A stretch of DNA of 64,000 nucleotides from contig CAVXJS010000021.1 in the NCBI GenBank assembly GCA_963762145.1, positions 896,001-960,000 on the forward strand. Direction: 5' to 3'. Of this stretch, positions 48,582 through 55,512 are shown in pieces. A program made the position numbers and the translations under genes. The stretch comes from an uncultured Candidatus Rokubacteria bacterium. Lineage in GTDB: Bacteria; Methylomirabilota; Methylomirabilia; Rokubacteriales; CSP1-6. The notes beneath the pieces are model-generated. The model did no database searches, was not told the origin of the DNA, and worked only from the letters and a program-made list of their open reading frames with translations. Numbering within the stretch: position 1 is the first letter of the stretch; every line of letters begins with the position of its first letter.

Positions 48582-49094
48582 TCACGCGCCAATCGCTTCA
48601 AGAGACGTCGTGTTGACCGCGGTTTCCGCAAGCTGGGCAAGAGTCCAGATCAGATCTCGCCTGTCGCCGGCGGTTTCCTGGTGGAGTTCATTCAGCAGAC
48701 CCGCCACGCTAGCATGCTCGCGTGCTACGGCATGCGCATCCGCCAAACACGCTTCACTCATGCTGCTGAGCTCCGACACGCCGGCGCGCAACCGTTCGCC
48801 CGCCGTCATCGAGAGTGGACCGGTCCTCGTCGCCGGCTCGGTCATCGGGTACCCCAATTCTTCGAGCACTCGCCGAATGCGCTGCGCTCTCCCCCGCGCG
48901 CGCTCCGCAGCGTCGAGGACCCGGGCTCGCGGATTTGGATACCGGGTCAGAGACTCGGCACCTTGCGTAAGGCCGTGCGCCAGCCGGATCTCGGTCGCGT
49001 AGTGCCCGGCCAGCCGCTCCGCGATGTCAGGCGACGCCGGCGCCAGCGTCGCCAGCAACCGGCACCACCACGAGCGGTTGACGTTCCGCAGCAT
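48582..49094 (-). CDS. Hypothetical protein, possibly a degenerate ferritin-like four-helix bundle
   Basis: AGGAGG before ATG 49094; amphipathic helices; first gene after promoter copy D. Confidence 0.6.
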   Translation of the reverse strand: MLRNVNRSWWCRLLATLAPASPDIAERLAGHYATEIRLAHGLTQGAESLTRYPNPRARVLDAAERARGRAQRIRRVLEELGYPMTEPATRTGPLSMTAGERLRAGVSELSSMSEACLADAHAVAREHASVAGLLNELHQETAGDRRDLIWTLAQLAETAVNTTSLEAIGA

Positions 49095-49131
49095 CAGCCT
49101 CCTGAATGCTCTCACAGAGCCGCCCAGTGCC

Positions 49132-49198
49132 ACCCTACGCGCCGCTCCCCATTGGATCCATTAGAAAGATCGTCACGCTCGCATAGATCAAGCCGAAA
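49132..49198 (-). promoter_or_regulatory. Conserved LysR-type bipartite promoter, copy D
   Basis: Read on minus: TTTCGGCTTGATCTATG ... CTAATGG - 20 nt - TAGGGT. Confidence 0.7.
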
Positions 49199-49272
49199 CG
49201 TGACCCTCGATCATGGAGCTGCTCGTTGCGTCTTGTCCAGGCGCTCCTACAATACGAGCGCATCCGCAGGCC

Positions 49273-49602
49273 ATGGACACCTTCGACTCCATCGCGCGCG
49301 CCAATCCGGAATACGTCGAGGCGCTGTACCGCCGGTACCGGGCGGACCCGCGTTCCGTGGACGAGAGATGGGCACTCGTCTTTGCGGGTTACAACTTCGC
49401 CCTCGCGGCTGGCTCGAGCGCGAGCGGGAGGACGTCACCGCCGGTGGCCGATCTCGTCCACTCCTACCGCGAGTTGGGCCATCTGATCGCCGACGTGGAT
49501 CCGCTCGATCGCTCGCCCCACCGTCATCCGCTCCTCGAGCTCGGCGAGTTCGGCTTCGAGGAAGCGGACCTGGATTGCGTTCGCCGCCGCCAACGCCGGT
49601 GA
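49273..49602 (+). pseudogene. sucA: N-terminal fragment of 2-oxoglutarate dehydrogenase E1
   Basis: NPEYVEALYRRYRADPRSVDERW..LVHSYRELGHLIADVDPL; ends after about 100 aa. Confidence 0.8.
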
Positions 49603-49702
49603 CGCCATCCGCGACCCGCTGATCAGCGCCGTCAGCACACCCGGATGCGTTCTAGCCAGAGCAGCAGATACGTGCCAGCCAGAAGAGCAGATACCTATGC
49701 GC

Positions 49703-49774
49703 CTAGAACAGCACGATCAACAGTAGGAAGCCGAGGATGAACAGCACCGTACCCTGCCGTAGCTTCCTGTCCAC
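49703..49774 (-). CDS. 23-aa hydrophobic peptide MDRKLRQGTVLFILGFLLLIVLF
   Basis: TAAGGA upstream of GTG; single TM segment; below the ORF-track size cutoff. Confidence 0.4.
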   Translation of the reverse strand: MDRKLRQGTVLFILGFLLLIVLF

Positions 49775-49860
49775 AGCCAGTCCTTACACCCACGCAAGAC
49801 ACCTGCGCAAGGGGCGCCGGCGAACCGTGAATGGTAGCGCGCCAGTCGAGACGTCGCGCC

Positions 49861-50472
49861 TCAGTACCCGACCGTGAACCGACGTCGGCTGTGTGTGGGT
49901 CGCTCAAGCTCATCGACCATCGCGATGGCGAAATCCTCCATCGAGATCCAGCTCTTGCCCTTGTCGTCGACGAGAAGCTGATCACCGCCAAGCCGGAACA
50001 CTCCGGTCCGCTCGCCCGGCGCGAACTCCGCGGATGGCGATAGGAAGGTCCAATCGAGCACGTCCTCTCGCCGCAGTGCGGTGAGGAACTCGCTGCCCGC
50101 GCTGGCCTCCGGCTTGAACGCGGGCGGGAAACCAGGCGCATCCTTCAGCGCGTAGCCGGGAGCCACTTCGAGGCTGCCCGATCCGCCCACGACGAGGAGC
50201 CGCTTGACGCCCGCCTTCTTGACCGCGTCGACCAGAGCCGTCGCGTCCGACGTCTGGAATCGGGAGGCGCTCACCACCGCGTCATGGCCCGCAAGCAGCG
50301 GCGCGAGCGCCGGAGCAGCCGTCGCGTCCCCCGCTTTCACCACGAGGCCATCGCGGACTCCGACTTTGTTGACGTTGCGTGCGATTCCGGTGACTGCATG
50401 TCCTCGCTTAAGGAGCTCTGCCGCCAATCTCGACCCGACGCGTCCACTAATACCGATCAACGCAACTTTCAT
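49861..50472 (-). CDS. NAD(P)-dependent oxidoreductase (YwnB/BVR-B-like)
   Basis: MKVALIGISGRVG; VVGGSGSL; WTFLSP; ISMEDFAIA; RFTVGY. Confidence 0.9.
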   Translation of the reverse strand: MKVALIGISGRVGSRLAAELLKRGHAVTGIARNVNKVGVRDGLVVKAGDATAAPALAPLLAGHDAVVSASRFQTSDATALVDAVKKAGVKRLLVVGGSGSLEVAPGYALKDAPGFPPAFKPEASAGSEFLTALRREDVLDWTFLSPSAEFAPGERTGVFRLGGDQLLVDDKGKSWISMEDFAIAMVDELERPTHSRRRFTVGY

Positions 50473-50756
50473 GATGTCCTCCTGTCTCGCTTCCTCTGGG
50501 TGACCGCCCGGCCCATCAGTCTACTCCCGCGGTGTCGTCGCCAGGGGCGCCCGAGGCGCTGTTCGTAGCGTCCAAGCGCTGTTACAATGCGGGCGCACCG
50601 CGGACCGCGCGCGCGACGCGCCGGGATGGCGGCAGCAGGCAGGGCTCATTCAGACGGTGAAAACGTGAGACCGTTCACCTCCCCGGCGACTTTAGGCGCA
50701 GCGGCGGCCTTCGTCGGTCGCCGTCGCGCCGGGATCGTTTCCTAGAAATCCCGGCC

Positions 50757-51855
50757 GTGATCGTTCCCTACCTCGCGCTGCCCCTGGCAATCGGTCTGCC
50801 ACTTGTCGCCGGCACGACGCTCGCCGCGATCGCCGGCCGGCGCTCGGGCCGGGCCGCGGCGTGGGCGCTCGCGGTGGTGACCACGGCCGCGCTCGGGATC
50901 GTCCTCGCCTCCGCGCCCGCGGTGCTCGCGGGCCAGCCGGTCGCGGTGAGCTGGCCCTGGGTCCCCGGGGTCGGCCTCAGCCTCTCACTCCGGCTCGACG
51001 GGCTCGCCCTGCTCTTCGCGGGCCTGATCCTTAGCATCGGCCTGCTCGTCATCCTCTATGCGCGCTACTACCTCGGCCCCGCCGACCCGCCCGGAAGATT
51101 CTACGCCCGGCTCGCGCTCTTCATGGCTGCGATGCTCGGGATCGTGCTCGCCGACAACCTCCTGCTCTTCGCGGTGTTCTGGGAGCTGACGAGCCTGGCG
51201 TCATTCCTCCTGATCGGCTACTGGCAGCACCGCGCCGACGCCCGCGAAGGCGCGCGGATGGCCCTGGCCGTGACGAGCGCCGGCGGCCTCGCCATGCTCG
51301 CGGGCTTCTTCCTGATCGGCGAGACCTCCGGAAGCTACGAGATTTCCGCGATCGTGGCCGTCGCCGACCAGGTGCGCGCCGATCCGCGCTACCCGGTCGC
51401 CCTCATCCTGATCCTGGTGGGCGCCTTCACGAAGAGCGCCCAGTTCCCGTTCCACTTCTGGCTGCCCGCGGCCATGGCGGCGCCGACGCCGGTGTCGGCT
51501 TATCTGCACTCGGTGACCCTGGTGACGGCGGGGATCTTCCTGATCGCCCGCCTCTACCCGGTCCTGGGCGGAACCCCGCTCTTCACGTACGTGGTCACGA
51601 CGGTCGGACTCGTCACGTTCGTGTTCGGAGCCTACGTGGCGGTGTTCAAGCACGACCTCAAGGGGCTCCTCGCCTACTCGACGATGAGCCATCTCGGCCT
51701 GATCACCTTCATCATCGGCCTCGACTCGCCCCTCTCGAACGTGGCCGCGGTTTTCCACATCGGCAACCACGCGACCTTCAAGGCGTCGCTCTTCATGGCC
51801 GCCGGGATCATCGAGCACGAGGCCGGCACGCGCGACATGCGGCGGATGAACGGGC
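50757..51855 (+). pseudogene. mrpA: Truncated Mrp/Pha cation/H+ antiporter subunit A
   Basis: FWELTS..LIGYW, TKSAQFPFHFWLP.AM.APTPVSAYLHS, NHATFKASLFM; homology stops at GTRDMRRMNG. Confidence 0.85.
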
Positions 51856-51899
51856 GAACAACGAACTTCGGCAATGCGTGCAACACGAGCTCACAAGCG

Positions 51900-52844
51900 G
51901 TGCGTTGCCGGAGGGGCGCATCGACGTGGTGATCGGCACCCTCGCGGCCGGCCAGGGCCACGAGACGAGCTTCGCCCAGCTCGTCGTCGAGTGGCTCGGG
52001 GGGACGCTCGACCAGGTGCGCCTGATCAGCGGCGACACCGATCGGGTGCCGGTGAGTGGCGGCTCGCACTCCGGCCGCTCGATGCGTCTCGGGGGTGTCG
52101 TCATGGCGAAGGCGGCGGACCAGATCGTGGAGAAGGGCGCGCGCCTCGCGGCGTGGCGGCTCGAGTCCGCGGTGGCCGATCTCGAGTTCTCGGGCGGGCA
52201 GTTCCGGGTTCGCGGCACCGACCGCGCCATAAGTCTCTTCGAGGTCGCCGCCGCGGCGGGGCGCCCCGACGCGCCGGAGGAGCTTCGCGGCCCCCTCGAC
52301 GGGGCCAGCGACGAGACGGTGAGCACGCCCTCCTTCCCGTACGGCTGCGGGGTGTGCGAGGTCGAGGTGGATCCCGAGACCGGCGCAGTGGACGTCGTCC
52401 GCTACACCTCGGTGGACGACGTGGGACGCGCGATCAATCCTCTGATCGTGGACGGGCAGACCCACGGCGGCATCGTCCAGGGCCTGGGCCAGGCCCTCTG
52501 GGAGCACTGCCGCTACGACGCCGACAGCGGCCAGCTCCAGTCCGCAACCTTCATGGAGTACGCAATGCCCCGCCCGCGCCGACCTGGTGCCGTCGTTCAC
52601 CACCGAGATCAGCGAGGTGCCGTCCACCTCGAACCCGCTGGGCCTGCGGGGCGGCGGCGAGGGCGGCACGACCCCGGCGCTCGGCGCGGCGGTGAACGCG
52701 ATCGTGGACGCGCTCGCCCCGCTGGGCGTGGAGCACCTCGAGATGCCGGTCACGCCCGAGCGCGTGTGGCACGCGATCCGCGCGGCTCAACGCGGCCGCG
52801 CGGCCAGCCGGTCGTGCAGCGGGGGCACCCGCGCGTCCACCTGA
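51900..52844 (+). pseudogene. C-terminal fragment of a xanthine dehydrogenase/CoxL-family molybdopterin subunit
   Basis: GQGHETSFAQ, EVEVDPETG, DVGRAINP..GQTHGGIVQG, NPLGLRGGGEGG; N-terminus missing; 4-nt CCGC duplication near 52575. Confidence 0.85.
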
Positions 52845-53111
52845 GCGCACGCGGGACCGCTCGCGAGTTACAGTCCGCCTGCTGGCGGGCGGCGGCCGCT
52901 CATTCAACGAGCACTGCGCGGCGGGTATCACCCGCTCGAGCCTTGAACCGGCTCCGCGTTGACGGTTCACCGTCCTGGCAAGGTTGGAGGAAGAGCGGCG
53001 CAGAGGGCTGGCCGATCTGCCATGGGTCCTTCCAGCGGCAGGGTTGAACAGTGGCCCCGTCTCGTGAGAACGTGCCGAGCGTGCCCGTGATTCCACTGGA
53101 GCCGGTCGCTG

Positions 53112-53254
53112 TCACGAGACGTCCCGTGAGTGGCGCAAGAGGGATGGCCGCGGAAAGACTGTTCGCATGGCCTGCAGGACAGCCGGATCGCTGATTCCGC
53201 GAGCGCCAATCTGGTCTTCGACCATCCGCCGCCGCTTGTCGGGAAAGCCTCCAT
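53112..53254 (-). pseudogene. pcm: N-terminal remnant of protein-L-isoaspartate O-methyltransferase
   Basis: RRRMVEDQIGARGISDPAVLQAMRTV..PR, out of frame with the ATG at 53254. Confidence 0.6.
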
Positions 53255-53281
53255 GCTGCCGACCCTCAGTGCCACAATGAC

Positions 53282-53297
53282 TGCAAGCGCGGTGCCG
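53282..53297 (-). promoter_or_regulatory. Sigma54 promoter upstream of the pcm remnant
   Basis: CGGCACCGCGCTTGCA. Confidence 0.55.
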
Positions 53298-53368
53298 CGG
53301 CCTCATGAAGATAAACTGCGATCTCCTCAAGGAGGAATGGAACGTGATGAGGCCGCGCCGGCCTGCCT

Positions 53369-53866
53369 CTAGCCGCCCACTTCGCTCGGCGGGACCGCGC
53401 GATCAGGATCCGGGCCGCGCTCGGTCCGCCACGGGATGATGGAGATCTCCCCGTTAGTCTCGAGCACCGCGTACTTGATCTGATCCATGCGCTCGAGGCC
53501 CTGCTGATGACGTGCCGCCTCCATGATGTCCCGTGCGTCCACGAACTCTCGGTCCATGCGCGACTTCAGCGGCCGCCCCCGCTCGACGAGCACAACCGGC
53601 ACGTCATCCAGGATCTTCTCGACCCGGCGCGAGTAGCGGCGCCACTGCGACAGGCCGATGTCGATGCAGACCAGAGTGACGATCACGAGAACGGCGTTGA
53701 CGAGCGAGTAGTCCGGTCCTACCAGTGCCTGCTGCGTCGACTCGGCGATGACCAGTAGGAGCACCATGTCGAACGGCGTGATCTGCGCGAGCGTCCGCTT
53801 GCCTACGATCCTGAACACCACGAGCAGGACCAGGTACATCGCCGCGGCGCGGAGCACGCTGTCCAC
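53369..53866 (-). CDS. DUF421 (YetF-like) membrane protein
   Basis: [25 protein letters not shown]. Confidence 0.9.
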   Translation of the reverse strand: MDSVLRAAAMYLVLLVVFRIVGKRTLAQITPFDMVLLLVIAESTQQALVGPDYSLVNAVLVIVTLVCIDIGLSQWRRYSRRVEKILDDVPVVLVERGRPLKSRMDREFVDARDIMEAARHQQGLERMDQIKYAVLETNGEISIIPWRTERGPDPDRAVPPSEVGG

Positions 53867-53869
53867 GCG

Positions 53870-54373
53870 CTATGGGTAGACCAGCATCCAGATGGTCAGC
53901 GGAGCGAGACCCGGGACCCCGACACCGGCCTGCACGATGCCGATGGAGCGAGGGGTGAAGTGGAACGTGGCGACCACGGGGGCGGCCACGGGCCCGGCCG
54001 CAAAGACGTACCCGACCCCATCCGCGAGCACCTCGGTTCTCACCGGGTTCGGAACAACACTGTCGATCCGGACGCGGTCCAGAAGCGCCCGGCCCAAGGC
54101 CAGACGGTAACCGCCAGGACTCGGAGTCGGGATGTGAACCGTGATGGTCTGGGTTGCCTCGGCGCGCACGAAGCGCGCATGCTCGATTCGAAGCCCATCG
54201 GGACCCCGTACCTCCGTCCGGCTCAGCGGCCCCATGCCCAGGAGCCCGCCAACTCCGGCCACGAGAATCAGCACCATGCCGACACGCCCCACATGCCGGA
54301 CACGCCACATACGCTGGTGGAACTCCTCTTCGTCCGCCAGCTCGAGCCCCGCATCGGAATTGGGCGTACGCAC
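53870..54373 (-). CDS. Hypothetical membrane protein upstream of DUF421
   Basis: One TM segment (..GLLGMGPLS), beta-rich C-terminus ending VYP; 3 nt from the DUF421 start. Confidence 0.7.
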   Translation of the reverse strand: MRTPNSDAGLELADEEEFHQRMWRVRHVGRVGMVLILVAGVGGLLGMGPLSRTEVRGPDGLRIEHARFVRAEATQTITVHIPTPSPGGYRLALGRALLDRVRIDSVVPNPVRTEVLADGVGYVFAAGPVAAPVVATFHFTPRSIGIVQAGVGVPGLAPLTIWMLVYP

Positions 54374-54533
54374 GTCGGTCTTACCGAGTAACAGCTTCCG
54401 GATGGCATCGCGACATCGTGCCGCCGGCCGGCCGCGCTAGAAGCGTGTACTCGTCATTTGGCCCAAGAGGGACGACCCGAACGCTCGCAAACGGCTTGAC
54501 ACTCGGCAACCCGCCCATGGCGTCCAGCCAGCG

Positions 54534-54578
54534 GCAAGTTGCGTGCCGCGAAAGGTTCCCGGGTGGCACCGCCATTGC
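54534..54578. promoter_or_regulatory. Back-to-back sigma54 promoters
   Basis: Minus CGGCACGCAACTTGC (54548-54534); plus TGGCACCGCCATTGC (54564-54578). Confidence 0.6.
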
Positions 54579-54591
54579 TCGGTGCGAGGCC

Positions 54592-55512
54592 ATGCAGTCC
54601 ACCCTTGAGCCCGGCGGCCCCGCCGTCGAGGGGTTCGTCACACTGGCCACCGTCTTGGCTGCGGGGGCCGCCCTGATTCTCCTGCTCGTCATGGCCCTGC
54701 TCGTTCACGGGGCGCTAGGCGAGCCTAGGCGAACGAGCACAGGGCTGTGGGTCATCGGGGGCGGCATCCTGTTTCCGGTCGCCGTGCTCTCGGCGTTGCT
54801 CGGCTACGATCAGGGGCTCACCCACGCGCTGACCGCGCCCGCCTCAGCGGGTGCCCCGCGTATCGAGGTCGAAGGGCGGCAGTGGTGGTGGGAGGTGCGC
54901 TATCTCGCCCAGCCGGCCGACCACGACGCCGTGATCACTGCCAACGAGATCCATATCCCGACCGGGGTGTCTGTCGAGCTCATCCTCACGACGCCCGACG
55001 TGATCCACAGCTTCTGGGTGCCGAGCCTCGCGGGCAAGGTGGACATGGTGCCCGGTCGTCGCAACCGCCTCACGCTCCACGCGAATCGGGAGGGACTCTA
55101 CCGGGGGCAATGCGCGGAGTTCTGCGGGGTGCAGCATGCCCAGATGGCCCTGCTCGTCGTCGCGGCGCCGCCGGCGACGTTTCAGACCTGGCTGGCTCGA
55201 GAAGCCGCCCCGGCATCGGCGCCCGCCACACCGGAGACGGCCCGCGGACACGACGCCTTCCTCGCTCACGGTTGCGGTGGATGCCACACCATCCGGGGCA
55301 CCGCAGCGCTGGGCAAGTTGGGACCGGATCTCACGCACGTGGGGAGTCGTCGGACGTTGGGGGCGGGAACGCTCAGCAACCACGTGGAGGCCATGGCGGC
55401 GTGGATCGCCTCGGGCGAGCGGATCAAGCCGGGTAATCGGATGCCGTCTTTCGCTCATCTGGATCCGGGCACGGTGGGTGCCGTCGCCGCCTACATGGCC
55501 AGCCTCAAGTGA
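54592..55512 (+). CDS. ctaC: Cytochrome c oxidase subunit II with fused cytochrome c (caa3 type)
   Basis: QWWW, DVIHSFWVP, CuA motif CAEFCGVQHAQM, CGGCH. Confidence 0.93.
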   Translation: MQSTLEPGGPAVEGFVTLATVLAAGAALILLLVMALLVHGALGEPRRTSTGLWVIGGGILFPVAVLSALLGYDQGLTHALTAPASAGAPRIEVEGRQWWWEVRYLAQPADHDAVITANEIHIPTGVSVELILTTPDVIHSFWVPSLAGKVDMVPGRRNRLTLHANREGLYRGQCAEFCGVQHAQMALLVVAAPPATFQTWLAREAAPASAPATPETARGHDAFLAHGCGGCHTIRGTAALGKLGPDLTHVGSRRTLGAGTLSNHVEAMAAWIASGERIKPGNRMPSFAHLDPGTVGAVAAYMASLK

